This document shows positions 18,755 to 28,849 of a stretch of DNA of 64,000 nt, one piece after another. The position numbers were made by a program, and so were the translations under genes. This DNA comes from Candidatus Binatia bacterium (GTDB taxonomy: Bacteria > Desulfobacterota > Binatia > Bin18): contig CAXXHG010000046.1 in assembly GCA_963666315.2 (NCBI GenBank), positions 1 to 64,000 on the forward strand, given 5' to 3'. Below the pieces are notes generated by a model. It was not told where the DNA came from and did not search any database. It worked only from the letters and a program-made list of their open reading frames with translations. Position 1 is the first letter of the stretch; each line of letters starts with the position of its first letter.

Positions 18755-19576
18755 ATGAGCATCATAAAATCAATCATTAAGCCTATCCGTATAAAGGCGT
18801 ATAGATACCAAACTTATATTAAATTATCCCAATTACGCAATATTAAAAAGCCAGCAGCAGTCAAACTTACAAATGCCATTTATAATGCATTAAAGAATAA
18901 TCTTGACCCTGAAGAAAACAATTGGGTAGAGAGGATAGAGGAAAAAGAACAGTGTTGAATAATTCTTCAACAAAAAACCCAATAACCATTGTTGGAGCGG
19001 GAAAACCGAGTTCTGCCCGTACTGAAGAAGAAACGTATCAGGGCGTTACTAGAGATACGACAGTAGGTGCAATGTACCGAATAGCGGGTAAGCTGTATTT
19101 TCGGTCATTACTCTCATTTAAGCTCGTCGCAGAATTTAAGCCATTAAAGAGTATAGAACTTGGAACATGCTTAGGTATTTCAGGAGCATACCATGCCTCG
19201 GCTCAAATGCTTAATGAAAGCGGGAGCCTGACGACACTCGAAGGAGCACAATCTTTAGCCTCTTTAGCCGAAAAAACCTTCCACAACTTGGCTCAGATAA
19301 CACCCGTGTAGTCAGTGGACGATTTCAAGATAATTCAGACAAAGTACTGACTGAAAATAAACCTATAGATTATGTTTTCATTGACGGCCATCACGATGAG
19401 CAAGCGACCATCGCCTATTTTGAGAAATTCATGCCGTATCTCTCGAAAAACTCAATGTTAGTTTTTGATGATATTTCGTGGTCTGATGGAATGCGGCATG
19501 CGTGGTAAGACATTGAAAAACACGAAATCGTTAAAATTTCTGAACTTGGGAGTATTGGGGATCTGCGTTTTAGATG
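18755..19576 (+). pseudogene. Class I SAM methyltransferase (Methyltransf_24-like), multiple frameshifts; low GC
   Basis: IELGTCLGIS, TLEG, then IDYVFIDGHHDE and FDDISWS in other frames. Confidence 0.8.
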
Positions 19577-19750
19577 AAACTCTTGAGGAGAAGTACAGTT
19601 TTAGCGTTCCGTTGTTCTAATCTCTGCGCGAAGTCCTCACACTGGAGATCTCCAAGCGCCCGGCGACTCCCACTTCCTGGAGTCACAAAAAGTGTTGAAG
19701 CGGATTGCTGGAGCGCACGCAGCCACATCCTTATCAAGCTTCCGGCCCGC
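19570..19750 (-). mobile_element. Possible eroded IS3-family transposase fragment
   Basis: IRMWL...TLFVTPGS weakly resembles the IS3 integrase core WL....TLFIEPGSPW. Confidence 0.25.
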
Positions 19751-19783
19751 CCCATTCCCTTGCCACCTCCCAATTTATTATTC

Positions 19784-21115
19784 TCAATCAGTTTTACGTT
19801 CATTTTGTGAACGATACTCAAGAAGGAGAAACAAAATTAAGGTCACAGTGCCTATAAGAGAAACGTTGAGAAGAATATTGAGAAAGTGGCGCCAACCATC
19901 CACTTCGTCTGCCACTGCCCCGCCTAAAAAATCGAACACCATGGCGGCCAGATAGCCAATTGCATCAATAATACCCACGAGGACACCGCAGTGTTTGCCA
20001 CCAAAATCAACCGAGAATACACTCATCGGGATGTAATAGCAGGGGGCAATAGCTAAACCAAAAAACATAATGGCCGAAAGCGTCGTCCACAGGCGGAAAG
20101 AGTTCGGCATGCCCAATTGTGGGATGGCAAGCAAAACAGCGACACAACATACAGCCAGCCCCATTAAACCACCGAGAGCGAAAATGCGCTTTTTCTTGGT
20201 GAGCGCATCGAAAACAAACCCGCCGGCGAGTACGGAAATCAAACAACCGATCGGAAAAGCCGACGATGTGATCGCGGCAATCCCCGCAGTCAAGCCAAAC
20301 GTTTCTTTCAGATAGATGGGAATGAAGCTTTGAAACTCCATGAGCACCGTTAAGCACATGATGCTGGCACAGATCAGCCACACGCGCGGGCTTCGGATAA
20401 AACTGAGCAGGGCTTCAGCCAAGGTAGCGTCATCGAGAGGATGCGGTCGAGGACCGGGTCTGTGCCGAAGATCTCTGTCGCTTGCCGCAAGCGCCTCTAA
20501 GCCCACATCTTTTGGGGACTGCTTGAGGACGAAAAAGAGGCATAAAATTACGCCGGCTGTAATCACAACAGAGACCGCGATAACCTCCCGCCAAGAAATC
20601 ACGAGCAACAGGCTGCCAAGGACCAGCGCCGTAAACAAGGAACTAAATCTTGAACTAGAAGAGAGGATGCCCCATATGCGTCCGCGCCAGTTCGGCGCGT
20701 ACCATACCCTAATGAGGTTGGCCATCGAAGGCCAACCCGCCGACTTTGCGAATAGGGCGATGAAGTAGGCTACCGAGAAGTACAGCGCACCGGACAGCGT
20801 GCCGAAAATTCCGGTGGCCAACATACACAAGCCGAGAGAGAACAAAAAAACTCGACGTCCCCCGATCTTGTCAGCCAAGATGCCATTGATGAGTTTGCCA
20901 CTGAGAGTGCCGGCTGTACCCCAGCCGATGATAGCTCCCCAAGCCGTCTTATTGAGGCCTAGTGCCGGGTCGCTGAGCATGGCGGGACCCGAAATCACGA
21001 CGGTGGCCTGGCACATATAGAGTGCGGCGTAGCCCACATACATGCACCCGAGGATGATCATCTCCCACCGAAATCGTGGATCACCACGAAATCGGTTGCC
21101 CACGTCAGCAAACAT
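19784..21115 (-). CDS. MFS transporter (GlpT/UhpC OPA-like)
   Basis: About 12 hydrophobic segments, GKLINGILADKIGGRR, GWP...VWY..WRG. Confidence 0.88.
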   Translation of the reverse strand: MFADVGNRFRGDPRFRWEMIILGCMYVGYAALYMCQATVVISGPAMLSDPALGLNKTAWGAIIGWGTAGTLSGKLINGILADKIGGRRVFLFSLGLCMLATGIFGTLSGALYFSVAYFIALFAKSAGWPSMANLIRVWYAPNWRGRIWGILSSSSRFSSLFTALVLGSLLLVISWREVIAVSVVITAGVILCLFFVLKQSPKDVGLEALAASDRDLRHRPGPRPHPLDDATLAEALLSFIRSPRVWLICASIMCLTVLMEFQSFIPIYLKETFGLTAGIAAITSSAFPIGCLISVLAGGFVFDALTKKKRIFALGGLMGLAVCCVAVLLAIPQLGMPNSFRLWTTLSAIMFFGLAIAPCYYIPMSVFSVDFGGKHCGVLVGIIDAIGYLAAMVFDFLGGAVADEVDGWRHFLNILLNVSLIGTVTLILFLLLEYRSQNERKTD

Positions 21116-21222
21116 GCACCCTCACCCAGCCAATTGCTTGAACCGCGGAGCATGTCCCAGTCGTCGTTAGTGGGATATAAGGGATGCTACGCTTAAAAGC
21201 CAGAGGGCAAAGGGAACCGTGA

Positions 21223-21270
21223 CACCTCAGAATCAAAAGCGTCTTCAATTGTCACCCTGCCCTTGACTAT
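21223..21270. repeat. ~47-bp direct repeat copy 1, IS-end-like
   Basis: CACCTCAGAATCA....CGT.TTCA.TTGTCACC..CCC..GACTA, shared with 22695-22740. Confidence 0.65.
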
Positions 21271-21333
21271 GACGGAACGAGTTCCGTCCCGACGCGTGAC
21301 TGGAGCATCTGCAGCACTCCCGTCACACTCCCA

Positions 21334-22608
21334 TCATTTGCCCGCCTGCTGACGGGACGCTTTCGGCTTCAATCGCACCGGCAATCGTTTCAGCCCGCCG
21401 ACGAAGTTTGCGTGCACGCGCTCGACCGGACCGATAATCTCGATGCCGTCGTACCGATCCAACACCTCTTGCAGGGCGAAGGAGATCTCCATTTTTGCGA
21501 GCGGACCGCCGACACAAAAATGTGGCCCGCCGCTAAAACCCAGGTGCAGGTTCGGCTGGCGCGTCACGTCAAACTTGTGCGGATGATCGAAGGCCTCCTC
21601 ATCGCGATTCGCCGACGCTAACCAGGCGATGATGCGCTCCCCCTCTTTGATGGGCTTACCGCCGATCTCCGTATCAGCCGTGGCCACGCGCATGACCGAA
21701 ATAACCGGGCTCGTCCAACGCACCATTTCCTCGGCCGCCAGGCGGATCAGCTTGGGATTCTCACGCAGTTTAGTCATCTGGTCCGTATTCTGCAGCAGCG
21801 CCAATACACCCCCGGCGAACGCGTTTCGGGTGGTTTCGAATCCTGCGATCAGCAGCACCAGACCGTTATACGCGACTTCGGAATCCGTCAACCTTTTTCC
21901 ATCAATCTCCGCATTGGCCAACCGTGTGAGCGGATCGCTGAACGGGCAGCCACGCCGTTCGAGAGCCAGCTTGCTACAATAAGCGCGCATGCTGCGAAAG
22001 CCACTCAACGTCGTTTCGAGCATCGAGCTGCCCGCCTCTACGTATTCTGGATCACCGCTGCCGAGGGTCATCTTGCCCCATTTGAAAATGGTGTCCCAAT
22101 CTTCCTCTGGTATCTTGAGGATATCGCAGATGACCGCCATGGGAATCTTCGCGCCGATATCGCTGACAACATCGCATTCGCCGTTTTCGGGCAAGTGATC
22201 GAAGATGTCCCTGATGAGGCGCCCGCATCGTTCGGAGAATTCCTCTAGCGCCTTCGGTTTGAACGGGGGATCGACGAATTTGCGCATCTCGGTATGGCGC
22301 GGGGGATCGGTAACCAGGATGCTTTGACCGATCCCGAACGCCTCGGCCGCAACGATTTCGACATCACGATTGAAGATCGGCATATCCCCTTCCCGCTCGG
22401 AACTGAAGAGGGCCGTGTCGTTGAGAATCTTCTTGACATCCGCATGTTTGAATACTGACCAGAGGCCTAGCCCATCCGGACCCACCGTCCAGTGTACGGG
22501 ATCGTCGCTACGCAGTTGCGCGAACAAACCGTAAAACCGATCTTCGTCTGCAAAAAACGCGGGATCGGTGAGTTTTTGATCGACCGTTTGGGCGGTGTTC
22601 TCCGTCAT
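21334..22608 (-). CDS. Cytochrome P450
   Basis: DPPRH, AGFETT (I-helix), EEMVR (ExxR), FSGGPHFCVG heme motif. Confidence 0.95.
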   Translation of the reverse strand: MTENTAQTVDQKLTDPAFFADEDRFYGLFAQLRSDDPVHWTVGPDGLGLWSVFKHADVKKILNDTALFSSEREGDMPIFNRDVEIVAAEAFGIGQSILVTDPPRHTEMRKFVDPPFKPKALEEFSERCGRLIRDIFDHLPENGECDVVSDIGAKIPMAVICDILKIPEEDWDTIFKWGKMTLGSGDPEYVEAGSSMLETTLSGFRSMRAYCSKLALERRGCPFSDPLTRLANAEIDGKRLTDSEVAYNGLVLLIAGFETTRNAFAGGVLALLQNTDQMTKLRENPKLIRLAAEEMVRWTSPVISVMRVATADTEIGGKPIKEGERIIAWLASANRDEEAFDHPHKFDVTRQPNLHLGFSGGPHFCVGGPLAKMEISFALQEVLDRYDGIEIIGPVERVHANFVGGLKRLPVRLKPKASRQQAGK

Positions 22609-22694
22609 AGTTCGCCTCCTCCCGGCGGATAATTTCGCGGGTCGTTTCTATGCTAACGCACATCCCTCCCGGTATGGGGCAAAAGGGTCGGTAT

Positions 22695-22740
22695 CACCTC
22701 AGAATCATACACGTTTTCATTTGTCACCGCCCCCGACTAC
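22695..22740. repeat. ~47-bp direct repeat copy 2, IS-end-like
   Basis: Matches 21223-21270. Confidence 0.65.
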
Positions 22741-22775
22741 TCTTGAAATATGGCCCAGGTGTTCGGTTGCAGGAG

Positions 22776-22936
22776 GTTAGCCTGCAAGAAGCTGCAGCTA
22801 AACACTTTTGATACGAGACTTGAAGATTTGAGACGAAAGATGCTTACAGTTCGGCATGTTTGGTGACCTGAAGAGTGCTTTCGCGTTCAGAGTTCGCGGA
22901 CAGGAAGTCGCCGTATTTACCCATTTCATGAGGCAG
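22776..22936 (+). repeat. ~161-bp cassette-leader repeat, copy 3
   Basis: Starts GTTAGCC; roughly 75% identical to copy 1 by hand alignment. Confidence 0.85.
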
Positions 22937-23389
22937 TCTACTGCAGATTGTTTCTACTATAGCCGGTTTAGTTATTTAATAGCAGTACTATACCGCTTTA
23001 TACGCCCTGCGCCGGATGCCAAGACGGGGTTCGCAAGTTTGCTTACCCTCATTGCCTTTATGCTCGTGGCAGGCCCACTGTGGTCATCGATGACTGTCAA
23101 GTCAGAATTCTTTGGGCTCACGTTAACAAAAGAAGCTGAGTCTCAGATGAAAGGCTACGTCAAGATTCTGAATAGCTATGGCCGTTTGGCAGAAGCTCCA
23201 GACGTCGGTCTGCAGGAAGCCGCCCAACAACTCGAAGCAAGTCGTCAGCGGGTTCAAGAGGGCATTGAGAGTCAAGATACGACTATCGTTTTGGAAGGGA
23301 TGCGTAGCGGCACCCAGATTGTAGAGAGGATTGCTTCGAGTCTCTGGAAAAAGAAACCCGAGGAACGCAAGCAGACTCGGATTCAGTGA
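22856..23389 (+). CDS. Hypothetical membrane-anchored protein, probably 5'-truncated
   Basis: First ~27 codons lie inside the leader repeat; the rest has a TM segment and a coiled region. Confidence 0.4.
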   Translation: MFGDLKSAFAFRVRGQEVAVFTHFMRQSTADCFYYSRFSYLIAVLYRFIRPAPDAKTGFASLLTLIAFMLVAGPLWSSMTVKSEFFGLTLTKEAESQMKGYVKILNSYGRLAEAPDVGLQEAAQQLEASRQRVQEGIESQDTTIVLEGMRSGTQIVERIASSLWKKKPEERKQTRIQ

Positions 23390-23628
23390 GCAGAGGCAGA
23401 ACCTCACACATTGGCATGGTCTCATCCTCGGTTGCACCGGCATGCTCACTCCATGACTCCCATGACTCCGTTGACACCTTTCGAGACTCCTGTTGCATTC
23501 AGGTGCTGTTGAAATGGAGCAGTAGGTTCGGAAAAATGAGAGGAGGTTCACAATGGGACTATTCGTCTTGCCCCTTCCCTTCCCCAGCCCACACAGCGTA
23601 TATCCAGTTTTGAGGGTTCCGGAGAGAG

Positions 23629-24465
23629 TTGATGAAAATTGGCATTTCGCTTCCGGTGAGAGAGCTGCAAAACGACTTAGGCGCTATTAAGGCATTTGCT
23701 CAGATGGCGGACGAACTGGGCCTCACCCATCTGAGAGTCCCGGATCAGGTCTTGCGGCCCGAGAGCGGTCACGTTCACGAGCCGCTGACGCTGCTGGCCT
23801 ACGTCGCTGCTGTCACACAAAACATACAGCTGGTGCCGTCCGTCATCGTCTTGCCCTCGCGGCAAACCGTGCTTGTCGCCAAACAGGCCGCTGAGCTGGA
23901 TGTCTTGTCGGGAGGACGCCTGCGTTTGGGGATAGGGATAGGCGCCAATGCGGATGAGTACCGGGCGCTGGGTGAGGACTTCCACACCCGGGGCGCCCGC
24001 TGCGAAGAACAGATGGTACTGCTCAAGCAGCTCTGGACACAGCCGACGGTAGAATTTGACGGCCGCTGGGACAAGGTGTCAGGCGCCGGCTTGAATCCGC
24101 TCCCCGTCCAAAGGCCGATCCCGCTATGGATAGGCGCGCGGAGCAATCCGGTTGCGCGCATTCGTGGCCGGATTGGACGACTGGCCGACGGCTGGTTCGT
24201 GTTGTGCACGCCGGAAGAGTTTCCTGCCGTGCAGGCTGACATTCATCACGCGGCACAGGCGGCCGGGCGCAAGCCGCACGACATCGGCACCGAAGCCGGC
24301 GTCGCGGTCGTGGGTCCCAGGCAAGCGGAATGGCGCGAGCGGGTTTCCGGCTGGCGGCGGGTGGGATTGAGCCATCTGTGTTTGCGCACGCTCGGAGGCG
24401 GCCTGGACGCCCAGGGGCATCTGGACACGATGCGTAAAGCTTATTCAGAGTTGCCCACGGGCTGA
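23629..24465 (+). CDS. LLM-class, probably F420-dependent oxidoreductase (TIGR03619-like)
   Basis: HEPLTLLAYVAA, RQTVLVAKQAAELDVLSGGRLRLGIG, PLPVQRPIPLWIG. Confidence 0.88.
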   Translation: MMKIGISLPVRELQNDLGAIKAFAQMADELGLTHLRVPDQVLRPESGHVHEPLTLLAYVAAVTQNIQLVPSVIVLPSRQTVLVAKQAAELDVLSGGRLRLGIGIGANADEYRALGEDFHTRGARCEEQMVLLKQLWTQPTVEFDGRWDKVSGAGLNPLPVQRPIPLWIGARSNPVARIRGRIGRLADGWFVLCTPEEFPAVQADIHHAAQAAGRKPHDIGTEAGVAVVGPRQAEWRERVSGWRRVGLSHLCLRTLGGGLDAQGHLDTMRKAYSELPTG

Positions 24466-24522
24466 TGGGTTCTTTCAGATGTCTTCAGATATTTTGGGCG
24501 CAGTAGGGCGAACGACACCTGC

Positions 24523-26364
24523 TTATTCGGGCAGGCCGAATGCAATCACCGCATCGCCTAGAGGAAAATTAAACAGCTTGTGGCCACCCGACGCCACAAC
24601 CACGAATTGCTTCCCGTCCACCGCATAGGTTACAGGTGGGGCATTGACCCCGGCCCCGGTATTGAAATGCCACAGCTTTGCACCGTCCTGTGCACTGCGA
24701 GCCACAAAGCTGCCGTTGGATTCGCCGTAAAAGAGTAAACCACCCGCAGTGGCCACCGAGCCGCTCATCAGCGGCAAATCCGTTTTGACCTGCCATTTTA
24801 TTTTTCCATCACCAGGATCGATCGCACTCAGCGTCCCCCACCGCTCCACATCTTTCTCAAACGAAAGCACCACGCCGGCCGGCTCGCCAGCCTCACCCGG
24901 CTTGAGATGGTAACGGGTAGGGTTGTGCGTTGCCGATACGTACAGCCAGCCGGTGTGGGGACTGTACGACGTGGGGGGCCAATTGGCTCCGCCGGCCGCG
25001 CCAGGCGCAATCAGGACACCCGCGGGAGTAGGTCGATGGAACATCAAGTCGTTCTGCGGCACGAACGCTACAGAGCGCCGCAAGGCCTTTCCGGTCGCAC
25101 GGTCGAACAGATACAGCCAGCCCGATTTGGAGGCTTCGGCCACGGCGCGTATCGTTGTTCCGTTGGACGGGAAGTCGAATAATACAGGTGGGTTGGCAAC
25201 ATCATAGCCCCAAATGTCGTGCGGCACGATCTGGTGATACCACTGCAGCTTGCCTGTGCGCACGTCCAGGGCAATAAGCGACGAGGTATACAGGTTATCG
25301 CCGGGGCGTTTGTAGTCGGCATAGCCGGGCGAGGCATTGCCGGTCCCGAAATAAATCAGGCCCAACTCCGGATCGATGGTGGGTGAGGAGTAGATCGAGC
25401 CGCCGCCCGCCTTCCACGCGTCACGGTAGGTGTCCGCATTGGCGCGCTCGGCAGTAAGATCGCGCCCAAGGGCATCACCGAACGAGGTGCGCCCAGCGAA
25501 TTCTCCTTCCCAACCTTCTGCAGCGGTTGAATACCAGCGCCAGATCAACTGGCCGTTTGCAGCATCATAGGCCGATAGGAAGGCGCGCAGGCCGCGCCGA
25601 GGACCGGCACGACCGAGCACAGACGGGTCGTCCGTTTCCGCCTCACTTAATACCTGGCTATAGCCGGTACCGCTCACCCCAACGAACACCTTGCCAGCAT
25701 AGACAACGGGCGCCATATTGCCGGCAAAGCGCGTGAGCGCCTTTAGTTTGGTAACGCCTTCCGGCTTTGACGCGTCTGTGGCTTTGAGCTCCTTCAACTC
25801 CAATAGATCAGCAAGATTTCCAGTAGTAGGATCGACAACGGGCATATCCCACACTACGACTCCTGTCGCCGCATCAAGGGCCACGAGGTGCGCGTCGGCG
25901 GTGATCATATACAGCCGTCCATAGCCGATGGCCAAACCCCGATTGTGAGAGCCGCAGCACAGCGTATCGACCGCCATCTCATGAGTGTAGCGCCAACGCA
26001 GGGTTCCGGTTGCCGCATCCAGCGCAACCACATGGTTGTACGGCGTGGTCAGATACATAACTCCGTCAGCGACAATCGGGCTGGTGGGGAAGGTGCCCAG
26101 CAAACCAGTCTGGAATATCCACTTCGGTACCAGCCGCCGGACGTTGTTGGTATTGATTTGATCCAGGCCACTATAGCGCTGGTTGGCATACCCGTGCCCG
26201 TAGGTGAGCCAATTGTCGTGGTCTTCGTGTGCTTTAAGCAAACGTTCGTCTTCGACTGCCATGACAGGGCTGAGTCCAATAAAGATTATGGTGGCGACAA
26301 GGGGCACGATTCTCGTGAGATGAACAAGTACGCTAGAAATTTTCAGATTGTCCTGGTTAGGCAT
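24523..26364 (-). CDS. PQQ-binding beta-propeller dehydrogenase (alcohol dehydrogenase-like)
   Basis: NWLTYG..YANQRYS.LDQIN, LCCG..NRG, GTGN, GGANWPP, Trp-docking repeats; start uncertain (26364-26439). Confidence 0.9.
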   Translation of the reverse strand: MPNQDNLKISSVLVHLTRIVPLVATIIFIGLSPVMAVEDERLLKAHEDHDNWLTYGHGYANQRYSGLDQINTNNVRRLVPKWIFQTGLLGTFPTSPIVADGVMYLTTPYNHVVALDAATGTLRWRYTHEMAVDTLCCGSHNRGLAIGYGRLYMITADAHLVALDAATGVVVWDMPVVDPTTGNLADLLELKELKATDASKPEGVTKLKALTRFAGNMAPVVYAGKVFVGVSGTGYSQVLSEAETDDPSVLGRAGPRRGLRAFLSAYDAANGQLIWRWYSTAAEGWEGEFAGRTSFGDALGRDLTAERANADTYRDAWKAGGGSIYSSPTIDPELGLIYFGTGNASPGYADYKRPGDNLYTSSLIALDVRTGKLQWYHQIVPHDIWGYDVANPPVLFDFPSNGTTIRAVAEASKSGWLYLFDRATGKALRRSVAFVPQNDLMFHRPTPAGVLIAPGAAGGANWPPTSYSPHTGWLYVSATHNPTRYHLKPGEAGEPAGVVLSFEKDVERWGTLSAIDPGDGKIKWQVKTDLPLMSGSVATAGGLLFYGESNGSFVARSAQDGAKLWHFNTGAGVNAPPVTYAVDGKQFVVVASGGHKLFNFPLGDAVIAFGLPE

Positions 26365-26522
26365 AGAAAACCTTAATGCAATAATATGAGAAAAGTTTCT
26401 TTTACGTACAGTAAAATCTGCAGCGAAACTATGTACCATGGGTGTAGTTCTTCACTCCTGGTCGGTGGCCTTTTCTCGATTGGTATGATTTGTTTGATCC
26501 GACACTATAAAGGGGAACGACA

Positions 26523-26960
26523 ATGCAAACGGGTCGATGTTATTGTGGAACGGTGAAATATCAAATTGAGGGCGATATTGGCTACTTCGTGCATTGCCAT
26601 TGTCGCAATTGCCGCCGGGTTTCGGGCGCGGCGTTTTATACCGCAGGATTCCTGCCAGAAGCGAACTTTTCGATTACCGCTGGCCAAGATGAGGTACGTG
26701 AATATCACTCTCCCGAAATGGGCGGGTTAGCTCGGTGTTTTTGCGGCAAATGTGAAGGACGGGTGTTCATTCGTCTGCCCTTCGCAGGTCTCATCAACAT
26801 CGCTATGACCATGCTTGACGAGGAGCCCACCGAAGATACAGGCGTCCATATCAACGTCGATTCCAAAGCTCCGTGGGATACCGTACCTCAGACGTTGCCT
26901 CAACATGCAGAGTTTCCACAAGGTTTTTTTGAAAAACTTCAGGCCCTCGTCCATGAGTAA
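26523..26960 (+). CDS. GFA/CENP-V family protein
   Basis: GRCYCG, CHCRNCRR, FCGKC. Confidence 0.92.
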   Translation: MQTGRCYCGTVKYQIEGDIGYFVHCHCRNCRRVSGAAFYTAGFLPEANFSITAGQDEVREYHSPEMGGLARCFCGKCEGRVFIRLPFAGLINIAMTMLDEEPTEDTGVHINVDSKAPWDTVPQTLPQHAEFPQGFFEKLQALVHE

Positions 26961-26990
26961 GCATGGGGATAAGCATTATAGGGGCAGAAC

Positions 26991-27788
26991 GTGCTGCAGC
27001 AAGCTATAGATTTTCGAGAAGAGAGTGATGCCATCTTCGCCCTACTTGATGGATTGGACGATCAGGTCTGGGCAACAAAAACTCAGTTCAAAGAGTGGAC
27101 CATCAACGATATCATCGCCCATCTTCACATGGGGAATTATGCGGCAGACCTGTCGTTGCAAGATGCCAATGCCTTCCTTGACCTGGTGCAAGAGTTCGCC
27201 TCAGGCCGCAAGCAACACGGGCATCTCGCCCACACTCATGTCTGGCTTGATGGTTTGCGAAACCGTGCGTTGTTGAATCACTGGCGTTCGTACTATCTAG
27301 AGATGACCGGCCGCTTTGCAGCCGCGGATCCGAAACAACGCGTGCAATGGTTTGGTCCGGATATGAGCGTGCGCTCCTGCATCACTGCGCGGCTGATGGA
27401 AACCTGGGCGCATAGTCAGGCCATCTACGATGTGCTGGGCCAAGAGCGAACCGATACAGATCGAATTAAGAATGTTGTCGTCATAGGCCTGAATACTTTC
27501 GGCTGGACCTTTAAGAACCGCAAATTAGCTGTGCCAACGGGCATCCCGTATCTCCGGCTCAGCGCACCGTCGGGAGAGATTTGGGAGTGGAATCCACCCA
27601 GCGAAGAAAACTGCATCGAAGGTAGCTCGGTCGAGTTCTGCCAGGTCGTGACCCAAGTGCGCAATATTGCCGACACTACACTGCGAGTAGTTGGAGAAAC
27701 CGCTACCGCTTGGATGTCGATTGCGCAGTGTTTTGCCGGACCGCCGCAAGATCCGCCGGAACCGGGAACCCGATTCAGGCAAGTCTAA
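26991..27788 (+). CDS. TIGR03084-family metal-binding protein (DinB/MDMPI superfamily)
   Basis: WTINDIIAHL, WFGPDMS, TARLMETWAH, AQCFAGPP. Confidence 0.88.
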   Translation: MLQQAIDFREESDAIFALLDGLDDQVWATKTQFKEWTINDIIAHLHMGNYAADLSLQDANAFLDLVQEFASGRKQHGHLAHTHVWLDGLRNRALLNHWRSYYLEMTGRFAAADPKQRVQWFGPDMSVRSCITARLMETWAHSQAIYDVLGQERTDTDRIKNVVVIGLNTFGWTFKNRKLAVPTGIPYLRLSAPSGEIWEWNPPSEENCIEGSSVEFCQVVTQVRNIADTTLRVVGETATAWMSIAQCFAGPPQDPPEPGTRFRQV

Positions 27789-27804
27789 TACAGTCTCCAA
27801 CGGT

Positions 27805-28460
27805 TCAGAACTTCTCCTTGAACGGACGGACTTCGAGTTCCGTCGTCCAGGCACTGCGATCTTGATGGGCCAGATGCCATTATGTCTCGGCGATGGCTTC
27901 AAGCTTGAGCATGTCTTCCGCCATGAACTGCGGCATGTCTCGTCCAGGGACGTCGATAACCCCATCGACGTTGACCCAGGCCACGTGGATGCCCTGGGGA
28001 CCAAGGTCGCGGGCTAGCGATTGCACCAACCTACGCAGCGCGAATTTGGCAGGGCCGAACGCACGGACCGAGCCCCCGCCTTCACGCCCGCCGTGGCACT
28101 GAGAAACGCGCCGTACGCGTTGACCCGCCACATGTTCTCGAACTGCTCAGGCGAGACCTCGCTGATCGTGCCGAACCTGCCGCTGCCGGCGTTGTAGGGC
28201 AGGATCTCAGGCGGGCCGAGCTGCTTGCGAATCAATGTGAACATGGCCTCGACCTGCGCCCGGTCTCCAAGATCGGCGGGTGCCTCAAACACCTGACGGC
28301 CCTTGGCTCGGATTTCCCCGGCCAGCGATTGGAGATAGTCCGCGCGCCGCGCGTTGATTGCCACCGTCTAGTCTTGAGCGAAGCGGTGTGCCAAAGCTGC
28401 ACCCAATCCGGGTCCAACTCCCAACACCGCCACAACTGGGGTCGATTTTGACTCTGCCAT
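27805..28460 (-). pseudogene. Short-chain dehydrogenase, in-frame stop plus deletion/frameshifts
   Basis: VLGVGPGLG..RFAQD*TVA, YNAG, AKFALR.LVQSLARDLGPQGIHVA..VDGVID, FEVRPFKEKF split over frames. Confidence 0.85.
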
Positions 28461-28507
28461 GATGATCTCCTTTGCACTCCTTCTATAAAGTGTTTTTGGG
28501 AGCGGCA

Positions 28508-28580
28508 GCTAGGGAACGCCAAGAATTGGAAGTGTAATTTTGAAGCGTAATTAAAATCCCATAGCCAAAGATGTTGACAG
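28508..28580 (+). repeat. Possible highly eroded 5' half of the cassette-leader repeat
   Basis: CAAGAA..G.AG....TTTTGA..CG....AAAGATG.T.ACAG collinear with copy 3. Confidence 0.35.
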
Positions 28581-28605
28581 CAGTAGTCGGACAGACCCAC
28601 TCTTT

Positions 28606-28700
28606 GTCGGTGGGTTACGCTCTGCTAACCCACCCTCTTGTCCACACAGGATGTCGGATTACGCTCCGCTAATCCGCCCTACGGGCCTTCGCCCTACAGG
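28606..28700. repeat. Pair of GTAG-type REP palindromes
   Basis: GGTGGGTTACGCTCTGCTAACCCACC and GTCGGATTACGCTCCGCTAATCCGCCCTAC. Confidence 0.75.
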
Positions 28701-28849
28701 GCTGAGTGAAATGTGATCCTCGTTTAGATGGGTCTCTGCATCTGCGGCAACACGGCAGGTGGTTACCGCCCAGTCCCGGCCATGAACGCCACGCCGCTTG
28801 GCGTGTTTCCACACCATTTGACAAGATCTCGGGCGCGAGACTACAACAC

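Noticed and set aside
19784-27788. P450, MFS, LLM, PQQ and TIGR03084 genes as a biosynthetic gene cluster
   Set aside because: Mixed orientations, separated by repeat elements, and no scaffold enzyme or precursor peptide; better explained as independent acquisitions
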